From Chiloscyllium plagiosum (taxonomy: Eukaryota), in assembly GCF_004010195.1 (NCBI RefSeq), contig NC_057719.1, positions 65,295,751-65,359,750 of the forward strand: a stretch of 64,000 nt of DNA, in the 5' to 3' direction. Position 1 is the stretch's first letter, and every line of letters starts with the position of its first letter. This document shows, in pieces, positions 51,173-62,767 of the stretch. The position numbers were made by a program, and so were the translations under genes. The notes beneath the pieces were generated by a model. It was given only the letters and a program-made list of their open reading frames with translations, was not told where the DNA came from and ran no database searches.

Positions 51173-52499
51173 GACAGGAGCCAAATATGCATCCTTTAAA
51201 CTACACGTGAATGACATTCCACAGTGGGCTGGTCATTCTTGCAGACTTTCAGTCTCTATTTGTATACATGTGCAGTTTCCTCTAGGCTCCTCCAGCTGCC
51301 ATGTACTCATAGAATCTTTGTTCACCTTACAGCCGACAAGTCAATGTTGTTGAAAGTGAGAGGGGTTTTAATAGGTAACTGAAAGAAACATTGTGAACAA
51401 ATGTATGTATTCTCTCCAAAAGTGCATGCAATTATTTTGCATGACACTGACTTAACTTCCTCCAGCCTTTCATAAACCGGGCCTTAACCAGACTGGGGGA
51501 ATCAAATAAAACTCGATAAATAAACATCGCTGCTCTGGTAGAGAGAAAAACTAGTTTATTATCTCCCTGCAGATAAGGATTGTTTTACTTTCAGGAGTGA
51601 CCTTTTAAAATAAATCAAGTCTGCAAAACATAATTAATTTTAATAGTGCTGTTGTTTTGTGCATGGTAGTGGATAAATAAGGTTCAGTGTAAAACACATT
51701 GTTATTCTTTGTTGAATTGTCAGTGTCACTGTCATGAATACTTCAGACACACATTATTCCCTCGCAGTTTACCACAGCCCTTTCAGGAGGTGAAGCTAAT
51801 AGTTATAAGCTGCTATGTTTGTGAAGTTAAATCGCAATGTATTTTGCTTTTGCAAAAAAAAACTAAGAATTTTGAAAAGGATATTATTCTTTAAGCTTCA
51901 GATGCATTTGTTTTTATTTGTTGAGACAGTTAGCTGGATAGCATCCAAAGGCTATGGCAGACTGACCTCAGGAAGTATTTGAGATAATTGAGGACCAGGC
52001 TACAATTTACAATCTCTATATTCTGTTTTCCATTTAAAGATAAACTACTTCAAAATGAACCTTATGTATTCAAGAAGACTTCACGAAGTTTTTAAAATGC
52101 CCAGTTCTGATATATTGTAAAGGTTTCAGGCAGTCTATGTTGTAGTGCCAAGCAATTTTTACCGAGATTTTTATTCTTCTGTCTTTCACAAAACCATGAT
52201 AATAATCAAATATGAAACCAAAATACTGAGCATTCTGGAAATCCAAATTATAAAGAAAATAAGCACAATTCAGAGAGGATTTGTAGAGAACAGCTAATCC
52301 ATAGGGTTTTACTGTCCAAGTGATGAAAGAGTTTGGGGATGGGTGAGCTAGTAAAATAGAGGGCAAACATGGAACCTCAACATCCTTCCACTGTCAGATA
52401 AATTGGTATGGGTTGGCATTGGGATTGAAAATGTGCAGAATGGTGGCACGAAGGCTGTTAAGCAACCAAATAGTTTTGAAATAGTTTGTAAATATCCCC

Positions 52500-54250
52500 C
52501 CCAAAGTACACAGCTTCCACAGTGTCTCAGCAGCTCATCTGCTCAAAACAGTCAAACGCTCTGCAGCAGCTGACTGGTGTTTGGAAGTGGGAACCGATTA
52601 ATACAGTGAAATGCCAGGCTGAGGATCAGTTCAACAAAGGATTGAATCGTTCGAAGGATTCCAGTGATAGACTGTATTGGAAGGGTGTCTCCCGAGACCA
52701 ATTTCCCATAGTGCAACTAAACGATGTTAGGAGGTTGATTTTCCATCCCCAGCATTGTGCCATTAGAATGTCTGCTGCAAGTGATCATTCAGAGTTGACA
52801 ATGCAGTGATCACTCTGACTTGTAGGCTTTGAGTGTGAATCAGTTCTGCACCTAACTTTGGACACTGATAATACATGATGATTTGCTGTGTTACTATGGC
52901 ATGAAGAACTGCAAGCTCGCTCCAGCTCATACTAAGTCATTGAAATATTTTGCACAGTGCACCCAAGTCTGCGTGACTATTCCATGGCTGCTGATCTGCT
53001 CACTCAACTTGAACCATTCCACCTCCAGAAATCTTGTTGAGGTCCATCTCCCATTGACTTGACAGAGCATTTTTCTTCATTTCCTCATCGGCCACAGACG
53101 CATCTGCAGAGATGCATCACTAAATATTGAGTAACTCACCCAATGATTCCAGTCATCCCTGCAAAGCCTTCTGTATTCAACATCCTTTTCTAAAACTGTC
53201 TCTATGAACAGGCTGTGTGAAGGCTGCTGAGTGGCATTCCTTCTTCATCTGAAGTGCAGAAATGAAAAAAACAAATATTGACAACATGCATGTGTTTTTT
53301 TGACAGGAAAATCCACTGTAATAATCTCTCCTGCATCTGATAGGGGTAAGAAATTGAGAAACATTAATATTTTGATCTTGGTTTGTACTTATATGCAACG
53401 TTGTTAAACATTTGAGTCAACAATTGTTTTCTACATCAAAGATTTGAATAACTTGGCATTACATTGAAAAGTACTTGGACAGATAGGTCTTTAATACAGG
53501 ATAATAGTCTGTTTGCATATGTAACTTTATAAGCTATTTGGAGCATTTTTCTGTTTTGGCATTGGTATGGAATAGTTTGCATTTTCTGACTATAAGCATC
53601 CAGGTCTTGGCTACTGAGCTGAAAATGCAAAGTTGAGCAGCTCTTGGACATTGTTCTGCCATAGTCATATTGTTGGCTAGGCTGCCAGATTGATTACAGT
53701 TCCCATAATTCAATCACAGCAGGAAAGATAAGATTTACCCACGTTGGCTTTAACATTTGGCAAATAAATATAATGTAATGGCTTCAATGCACAAGTCTAT
53801 GAAGCTAGTGTTTCCATAAGGGTTTTGAGGAAACTTCAATAAGCTTAGAAATTCACTTCAATATGTTTCCTCAAGAAATCTTAGATTTCTACTGCTGCTT
53901 TCTGCATCTAAATCCTGTCTACATGATGGGTTCTCAGTCTTTTCCAAGGCTTCTGCCCTTTTAAGTGGACTGGAAATTGGTAAAGCAAGGTTGGTGTAAA
54001 CTCTTTTACGTCATGCAGATTTCAGTAGAACAGTCTGCCCTGGATAACCTGTCCTCGAGCTGTTGTTTGCTTGGTCAGAATCACATGTTGTCATTGTATA
54101 CCTGATGAACAAAGTCAATCTCCAGACTTGGAACAGTCACTTCATCTGGAAAAGATCAGGCTTGCGTGCAGGCAATTTCTCCATTTCTCATGGGATCCAG
54201 TACAAATAGCTGGAGCATGCTATTCTTGTTAGTTTTAGATATATGTTTCT
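52500..54250 (-). mobile_element. Possible very old RTE-clade LINE relic
   Basis: Only faint motifs: AKTWML (~SETW) and RKMLQI near 53540-53610; HYGKLVSG (~LYGEL..G) near 52690-52713. Confidence 0.3.
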
Positions 54251-54359
54251 ACCTTCATAATGAGCAAACCAGGAGTGCAAATGCTTTGCAAACCTTCTGA
54301 TTTCAGTTTAAGGTTTAACCATTAATTGAAGTAATTGTGAAATCTATTCTATGAAACTG

Positions 54360-55385
54360 CTCAATCTTAGGCCCCCAGAATGAGCTTCCATGTATCTTCT
54401 CCATTGTTAAGGCCTCCTATACCACTCCCATAACATTGTTTAATTCTACCTCTTCCTCAGCTTATTTGCTGTTGCAACACTCATTCTAGGCTTTGGTACC
54501 TCTGAGTCGAACACAATTGGCTCGCTCCTCATTTCTAACTTTCATAAACCTTAGGGTCATCCAAACGTCTGCTACCTTTCGTTGGATAAGGTATCGGTTC
54601 TGAATTGTTTAAGGTTACAGACTGTCTTACATTCTACCCAATCTGATGTCATATAGACTTGGGTGGGGAAAAGGTAGAGCAGCTTTTTGAGTGAAGACCT
54701 ATATCTGCGATTGGCTCATAGTGGTAGATACAGTACAGTTACAACATTTAAAATATATTTGGATAGGTACGTGAATACAAAAGGTTTGGAGGGATATGGA
54801 CTAAACACAGGCATATAGGAACATAGTCAACCTGGACTAGTTGGACAAGAGGGTCAGTTTCTATGCTGTATGATTCTGTGACTCTATGAGCTGGTAGTGG
54901 TTAGCATCACAGCACATATAATATCAATGTCCAAGATCGCACCAAATCCTGTTCACCCATCATTTCTGTACCTGCTGACCTACATTGACTTCTGGTTAAA
55001 TGTCTCAACGTTAAAATTCATATCTTTGTTTTCAAGTCTCTCCATTGCCTCACCCCTCCCTTATTCTGTAATGTCCTCCAGTCCCATAACTCTCTGAGAT
55101 ATGTACAATCTTCCAGTTCTAGCCTCTTCAACATCTCTGAGTTTAATATCTTCACCAATGGTGGCTGTGCCTTCAGCTGCCTAAACCCACAACATTCCTT
55201 TCCTAAATCTCTCTGAGACTCTACCTTATTTCTCTCTATTGAGTGTGTTACTTAAACCCTCCATGTACAATCCTTTTGATTGTCAGCTCAATATCTCTTT
55301 TTGTGGCCAAGTGTGAAATCTTATTTAATAGCAATCCTAGAGTTGCTGTATTACATTAAAGAAACCACATAAATACAATTGCTTT
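54360..55385 (+). mobile_element. L2-clade LINE 3' part, with a small CR1 3' fragment at ~54720-54890
   Basis: Remnants of AY.HL.NI, TLI.AF.TSR, LH(W)L.V and GG.AFS.L motifs. Confidence 0.6.
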
Positions 55386-55781
55386 GGTTGATTTTGAATT
55401 AGTTTGCATATTTTCTGTGCAATATTGCTACTGAAATAACTTTTTGTCTTTAGGACTATGTTGGTCAAACCTTACTGAAGTTCATTAAGGCTTTTGCATC
55501 ATTGACATTATTCAATCAAAATATAATGGTGTAACCTTGAATTCCATTTTGCTTTTCCTTGACATATCAGGCCTCGCTAGTTAAGGCAAGGTAATAGATT
55601 GCACCCAACTTTATTTTCCGAAAGAAGAATATTCTTAGAAGAAATGTGAACTGAGAACTGCATGTTCATTGTTTGCATTTAATAATCTTCAAAGTACTCC
55701 TGGTTATTTCAATGATTCCTTTGTGCAGATGTTAATACATGACTTCACAATCAAATATAGTAAATTTGGTGAAAGAGGGGA

Positions 55782-56070
55782 GACGTAGGTGATGGCCTAG
55801 TGGTATTATTACTGGGCTGCAAATCCAAAGACCCAGGGTCTGTGTTCAAATCCTGCCATAGCAGATGGTGGAATTTGAATTGAATAAAAATCTGGAATTA
55901 AAAGTCTAAAGATGGCCATGAATCCATGTCAATTGTTCACTGATGTCCTTTAGAGAGAGAAACTGCCATCCTCACCTGGCAGAGCCTACATGTCACTCCA
56001 TACCCACAGCAATGTGGAGGACTCTGATACTGCCTAGCTAACAATGTCCTCATCCCAATAATGAATGGAT
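55782..56070 (+). mobile_element. tRNA-derived SINE, second family
   Basis: A box TGGCCTAGTGG, B box GTTCAAATCC; 3' end resembles the 3' end of the LINE at 20238. Confidence 0.7.
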
Positions 56071-56199
56071 AAAAACAAAATCAGTCATTTCTATAAAACT
56101 GAAATGAAATGCAAACTCATAAGCACGAGTTTAGCCACAAGACCTCTTTTCTGCCAAATGTCTCTAAACTTAACTTCATGTTACTCTCAGAAATTGAAG

Positions 56200-56408
56200 T
56201 TAAAAATCGCACAGCACCAGGTTACAGTCCAGCGGGTTTATTTGGAAGCACTAGCTTTCGGAGCTCTGGTGGTTGTGAACTCCACAACCACCTGATGAAC
56301 GAGCAGCGCTCTGAAAACTAGTGCTTCCAAATAAACCTGTTGGACTATAACCTGGTGTTGTGTGATTTTTAACTTTGTCCACCCTAGTCCACCTCTGGCA
56401 CCTCCACA
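56200..56408. mobile_element. PLE family C fold-back insertion with hammerhead motif
   Basis: 13-bp TSD TCAGAAATTGAAG / TCAGCAATTGAAG (56187, 56409); inverted arms; CAC-CTGATGA...GAAAACTA-GTG at 56289-56323. PLE assignment rests on architecture only. Confidence 0.65.
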
Positions 56409-56871
56409 TCAGCAATTGAAGACAGTACCCACTGCCTTGCATTTATCCCTCATTCCATTCATACCCCTGGTTATTGAATGGCTTTAGGAGATGTGGTCTG
56501 TCTTTTGTTGCTTTACCCACTTCCATCTTGTTTCCATTGTCCAATTTGTCCCTTAAACTCTTTCAGAGACTTTACTATTTGTTGTTCTCTCCTTCCCTGA
56601 GCAAGGTTCTCTTGTGCAATAGGTACCATCCCTGGCTCTCAGTCAGATGTTCCGGATTTCCCATGACTCTAAAACTTAATGACAGACAAAGGAGGGTCCA
56701 TAATACAGTGAAGCAGGGTGATTATCAAACTATAAATTCCAACAAGCCTATGGCAGGCAGTAAGATCAAGAGAATCTTAATCCTGTGCCAATCCTCAGGC
56801 TTTAGTCTCTTGTATCAGATTAATGACCTGTTCCAGGAGAAACAAGCTCAGTCACAGCACAGATGAGGCCT

Positions 56872-57868
56872 TTGTATTTGGAAAGGCAAGGGCTGATTCG
56901 GGATAGTCAACATGGCTTTGTTGTGGGAAATCATGTCTCACAAACTTGATTGAGTTTTTTGAAGAAGCAACAAAGAAAACTGATGAGGGCAGAGCAGTAG
57001 ACATGATCGATCTGGACTTCAGTAAGGCATTCGATAAAGTTTCCCATGGTAGACCAATTAGTAAGGTTAGATCTCATGGAATACAGGGAGAACTAGCCAT
57101 TTGGATACAGAACTGGCTCAAAGGTAGAAGACAGAGGGTGGTGGTGGAGGGTTGTTTTTCAGACTGGAGGCCTGTGACCAGTGGAGTGCCACAAGGATCG
57201 GTGCTGGGCCCTCTACTTTTTGTCATTTACAGAAATGATTTGGATGTGAGCATAAGAGATTTAGTTAGTAAGTTTGCAGATGACACCAAAATTGGAGGTG
57301 TAGTGGACAGCAAANNNNNNNNNNNNNNNNNNNNNNNNNNNNNNNNNNNNNNNNNNNNNNNNNNNNNNNNNNNNNNNNNNNNNNNNNNNNNNNNNNNNNN
57401 NNNNNNNNNNNNNNNNNNNNNNNNNNNNNNNNNNNNNNNNNNNNNNNNNNNNNNNNNNNNNNNNNNNNNNNNNNNNNNNNNNNNNNNNNNNNNNNNNNNN
57501 NNNNNNNNNNNNNNNNNNNNNNNNNNNNNNNNNNNNNNNNNNNNNNNNNNNNNNNNNNNNNNNNNNNNNNNNNNNNNNNNNNNNNNNNNNNNNNNNNNNN
57601 NNNNNNNNATATAAAAGAGACCTAAGGGGCAACGTTTTCATGCAGAGGGTGGTACGTGTATGGAATGAGCTTCCAGAGGATGTGGTGGAGGCTGGCACAA
57701 TTGCAACGTTTAAGAGGCATTTGGTTGGGTATATGAATAGGAATGGTTTGGAGGGATATGGGCTGGGTGCTGGCAGGTGGGACTAGATTGGGTTGGGATA
57801 TCTGGTCGGCATGGACGGGTTGGACTGAAGGGTCTGTTTCCATGCTGTAAATCACTATGACTCTATAT
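56872..57868 (+). mobile_element. HER1/CR1 LINE spanning an assembly gap
   Basis: ORF 56946: DFSKAFDKV...[14 protein letters not shown]...FADDTK; 3' UTR after the gap. Confidence 0.9.
57315..57608. other. Assembly gap (294 N)
   Basis: Run of N. Confidence 1.
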
Positions 57869-58379
57869 CTATATTGTGTCTCTAAAGGAAAATGCATCCA
57901 GCATCAAAGGAACAATTCATCCAGTATCACTCCTTTACTTTCTCCCCACTATTCTGCATATTTATCCCTTCCACTAATAATCCAACTTCATACAAAATAC
58001 CTTGACTGAAGCTCCCTCTTCCATTTTTCCAGGCTGAGTGAAAATAATTTTTTCCATGTCACCATTTTTTTTTGCCAATTGCTTTAAACCTGTGCTCTCT
58101 TGTTCTTAATCCTACCCCCCCAGTGGGAACAGCACTTTTTAATTCAGCTTTCCATCATATGCACTGCTTTGCTTTTCAACTTATAGTATTCACCTGTCTT
58201 TTTTTTCTCGAGCTTATCTGAGTCACTGAATGTTTTGCAAAATTCTTTTGCATGATCCAATTTTCAATGATTCACTGCTGCTATGACTATTAGAAAACAT
58301 TGCTAATACCAGAACCAGACACTGAGGTATTACACAAGCATGGGAAACATTGCAGGTTTTCTTTAGGCTGCACTCAGAA

Positions 58380-59207
58380 AATAGGTAGGGTGATATGGAC
58401 GGGTTATGGAATAGGCAAAAACTTGGCAAATGGAATATAATATGGGAAAATGTGAGGCTATGTACTTTGACACAAAGAAGAGTGAAACTGAATATTATTT
58501 GAATAGAGAAAGACTGCAAAAAGTTACAGAGCAGAGGGAAATCTGATTCCTTGTGCATGAATTGCAAAAAGCTAGCATACAACTTCAGGTAATAGGGAAG
58601 GCAAATGGAATGCTGGCCTTTTTTTCAAACTGAATGCAATATTAAAATAGGGAGGATGTGCTAAAACTATACAACTCTAGTCAGACCACAACTGAAATAG
58701 TGTGAATGCTTTTGGTCTCCTTACCTAAGAAAAGATATCCTGGCATTAGAAGTAGTTCAGAGAAGTTTCTCTAAGTTGATTGTGGATGTGGAGGGATTGT
58801 CTTATGAGGAGAGGCTAAGTAGATTGGGTCCTTAACTCATTTAAGTTTAGAAGAATGAGAGGTGATCTTATTGAGGACATGGTTGATGTGGCAAGTTGTT
58901 TCACTTATGAGAGAATCTAGGATCAGAGCACACAATCTCAGAGTAAGGGGATGCTCATTGAAAACAGAGGTGAGGTGGAATAACTTCTCTCAGAGGGTAA
59001 TGAATCAGTGGAATTCTACTGCAGAGGCTGGGATACTATGTGTATTCAAAACTGGGACAGAGATTTTTGGTCAGTAAGGGAATTAGGACTAATGTGGAAA
59101 GGAGGAAAGTGGAGTTGAGTTTATCAGGTCAGTCATGATCTGTGAATGGCAGAGCTGACTCAATGGGCCAAATGGCCTACTTCTGTTCCTTTAGCTTATA
59201 GCCTTAT
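58380..59207 (+). mobile_element. Old CR1-clade LINE 3' part
   Basis: WQMEYN.GKCE, LVRPQL, SYEERL and RAHNLRVRG remnants; CR1 3' UTR. Confidence 0.75.
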
Positions 59208-60032
59208 GGAAATAATTTGAAGAACAGACAGGGATTAAAAACAAAATGCCTGTGTTTGGACAATGTGAACTCCCCATCAGTGTGCAAATGCTTCCAAGCA
59301 TTAACATATGCTGACATGTGGACTCAGACTTTGAAATGTAGGGGTACATAATTGCTATATTCCCTTACCTTTAAGCTCAAAAGGTTATGGATGATTCTTA
59401 AGCAATCAATGATAATAATACAGAAATAACAATACTGCAGTGTTCATGTAATGTAATTTATATTTTTCTGTTTCAACAGGTTGAAGCAATATCTGCCAAA
59501 ATGAAGGAAGAAGGATATTGCTGCAGTTGAGCCTTTCTAAAGCACTGAATCAGTGCCAATTGTTGTAACAGACCCCTCATGTGAGGCACAGCTTTGACAA
59601 CTGTATGCAAAGAGCACATCTTGGATTCTAGAGTTCAGAGCTAACCACTAGCCTATTTAGCAGCAATATTGTAGACTGAAAGCTATTTAATATTATCGAC
59701 AACTTCCATTGGCCTGTAAAGTAGAAAATATAAGGTATTAGACAGATTTTGATTCTGCACATTACAAATGCATTCAAAGTTTATTGCTAGATGTATTGCA
59801 AACCAAGACACATAACACAGCAATCCAACAGTACATCTTCCAGTTTGATTAGTTTCTTTTTAAAAAGTAGATAATCCATTAAATCCATTTGAACCAAGAG
59901 ATCTCGAGGGCATTGATTATTTAAAGATATTATTTAAGGCTCAAATGCTTGCAGTGTTCAATGTACCCTAAATATTAGCATCACCTCTTGCTTTGTATCC
60001 TTGATTTTTGGGGAATTGCCGAACCACAGATG

Positions 60033-60262
60033 AGTGGAGTCACAAGTAGATAGGAAGTGAAGAAGGTGTTTGGTGTGCTTGCTTTATTGGTCAGTGCATT
60101 GAGTTTAGGAGTTGGGATGTCATGTTATGTCTGTACAGGATATTGGTTAGACCATCTTTGGAATATTGTGTGCAATTCTGGTCTGCATGCTATAGAAAGG
60201 ATGTTGTGAAATTTGAAAAGGTTCAGAAGAGATTTAAAAGGATGTTGCCAAAGTTGGATGGT
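60033..60262 (+). mobile_element. CR1 internal fragment, ending at the PLE
   Basis: [34 protein letters not shown]. Confidence 0.85.
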
Positions 60263-60337
60263 TCAAAGTTTGTGCGAAGATTTGTAGCTCGGGTGCTCGT
60301 TGCTGTGGTTCTGTTCGCCGAGCTGGAAGTTTTTGTT

Positions 60338-60377
60338 GCAAACGTTTCGTCCCCTGGCTAGGCGACATCATCAGTGC
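60338..60377 (-). ncRNA. Minimal hammerhead ribozyme motif (PLE family B)
   Basis: GCA-CUGAUGA-U-GUCGCCU(AGCC)AGGGGAC-GAAA-CGUU-UGC: helix I GCA/UGC, helix II, palindromic ACGU. Confidence 0.65.
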
Positions 60378-60523
60378 TTGGGAGCCTCCTGCGAAGCGCT
60401 TCTTTGATGTTTCCTCCAGTGTTTATGTTCCTGTTTGTCCTATGTAGTGTTTTGTGCAGTCCTTGCATGGGATTTTGTACACTACGTTGGTTTTGCTCAT
60501 GCTGGGTATCGGGTCCTTCGTCC

Positions 60524-60850
60524 TAGTGAGCGAAACCAATGTAGTGTACAAAATCCCATACAAGGACTGCACAAAACACTACATAGGACAAACAGGAAGA
60601 CAGCTAATGATCCGCATCCATGAACATCAACTCACCACGAAACGCACGACCAGCTATCCTTAGTAGCCACACACGTGGATGACAAGCAACATGAGTTCGA
60701 CTGGGACAACACTACTATTATAGGACAAGCCAAACAGAGAACAGCCAGGGAATTCCTAGAGGCATGGCACTCATCCACAGATTCAATCAATAAGCACATT
60801 GACCTGGACCTAATATACCGGCCACTGCAGTGGACAGCTGGAACTGACAA
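60524..60850 (+). pseudogene. GIY-YIG endonuclease domain of the PLE ORF (one frameshift)
   Basis: NVVYKIPYKDCTKHYIGQTGRQLMIRIHEH, then HEFDWDNTTIIGQAKQRTAREFLEAWHSSTDSINKHIDL. Confidence 0.9.
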
Positions 60851-62064
60851 CCAGAAGCGGCAGATACAAATCACTATAAATGCCGGAGGAAACATCACAG
60901 AAGCGCTTCACAGGAGGCTCCCAAGCACTGAGAATGTCACCTAGACAGGGGACGAAACGTCTGCAACACAAATTCCCAGCTCGGCGAACAGAACCACAAC
61001 AACAGTAAAGTTAGAGCCTGGTATGTCTCGAACTACTGTTCATTGTAGTAGTTAGTCTTAATGTGTAACAAACAGTGGTATAAAGAAGCCCAAGCCTGAA
61101 GACAGTCCTAAAGTTCTCCTAATGTACATAACTCATAAACATGGTCATAAAACCATGTATCAAAAGACACAGGACATAACACAGTAAGATTCTACAGACA
61201 ATAATTACACATATAATCTGAGTGATGTTGATTGAGGGCAAAGTGTTGGTCACAGTTTTTCAAGAGTGCCTTTAACATGAACATATTTCAGACAGTTTTT
61301 AAATACTTCACTGAAAATGAAGATCTTGTGCTGTGCATTCTCTGTGTGATGAAAGTTAGATTGGCAAACAAATCTGTAGATGGCAAATAAATCAACTGAG
61401 CAACTTTAAAACATCAATGGTTTGTAGAAAACTCAAACTTCCTGCCATTTTCAGACCACTATGCTGTAAAATAAGGCAGGAAAAAGTGTTAATCTATTCA
61501 GAGAAAGGTGACAATGGTTGCAAAGCCTCTTTGTCACATATCAAGTGGATGATGTTAACCACACTGTAACTTTCAGAAATATTTCCCTGATCTGTTCATG
61601 TAAATGAATGACAGCACTGCTCATGAATCATTGCATCCATATCAGAGTCAGCTCTGACTTTTGTTTCTTCCAGGTAAGCTTTCTAATGGTATTATCTAAA
61701 ACAAGGATCATTCCAAAGGCTGAGGAGCAACATCACAGAATTAATTTCTTGGATCCACCAAAGATTTCAGGAAGTGACCCTCATGTTCTCCACAGTTCAA
61801 CCTGTCCTTTGTACTGCTCCTTTCCAACTTTTTTTATGTGTAAAACAAAGTTTGTTTAACATCTGAAAATTTCAGCAAACAAGTCTACTTTACTTCACTA
61901 TATCTGAGTCCACTTATTCTTTGCAATCTGGCTTCCAAACAGCAGATTATTGTTTTTACTGACTGGCATTATCTGCCAGACAGGACTGGTTGGCTTTCTG
62001 ATTTAGAAGTCAGGGTGGAGATGTAATGCAACATCTGCTCAAACATGGAATACAAATTAAAGAT

Positions 62065-62540
62065 GAAAATTAGGAGCAGGAGGAGGTTGTTTGCCTCCTT
62101 GAGCCACTCTGCCATTCTCAGATCATGGTTGATCTGACTATTGCCACAACTCCATTTTGCTGAGCCCCTCCTAAAACTTTTGATTTCCGTGATGAAATCT
62201 TAACTGAGCCTTGAGTATACTCAGTGGCCCAGTCTTTACTGCTCTGTAGGGAAGAGCGTTTCACAGATTAGTGACATTCTGAGAGAAAATAAATTCCCCT
62301 TCATCTCCATCTTAAATGGGAGATCCTTAATTTTTAAAATGCGTCTCCTAGTTCTAGGTGTCCTTAAAAATCTTCGCTTGACTTCTATCCTGTTAAATCT
62401 ATTAAGGATATATATGATCAACACTCATTCTTCTGAAATCCAGTGGGTGTAGACTAAAGCAAATTGCTTGACTATTCCACATTAGATAACCCTGCATCCC
62501 AGAAATCAGTTGAATGAAGCTGTTATAGCCCTTCTTAAGT
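62065..62540 (-). mobile_element. Old CR1 3' fragment
   Basis: ORF 62236..62424: PRTRRRILKI...FKMEMKGNLFSLR; 3' UTR reverse complement at ~62070-62140. Confidence 0.6.
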
Positions 62541-62767
62541 TCAAATAAAAACTCTGCCCTAATGGTGAAGACCAAAATCTATCCGAGCTGAATACTATGG
62601 AAACATCACAGAAATGGATCCAAACATAAAAGATTAGGCTATTTCAAAAGTGTTCATCATTTGTAATTGATTACAGTGTTTGAATTTTAAAGGGAAGATA
62701 TTTTAATCATCTTGATTTGTCTTCAGCACAATTTTGATTAGTAATCATCAATAGCATATAATGGTCT

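Larger units (their letters stand above)
60263..61003 (+). mobile_element. Penelope-like element family B: 3' part with an inverted 5' copy
   Basis: GIY-YIG endonuclease coding region followed by a terminal repeat (60876-61003) whose inverted copy lies at ~60298-60426. Confidence 0.9.

Noticed and set aside
57315..57608. Apparent internal deletion in CR1 (294-N gap versus roughly 600 bp in other copies)
   Set aside because: Gap length is an assembly estimate; the flanks may even come from different copies.
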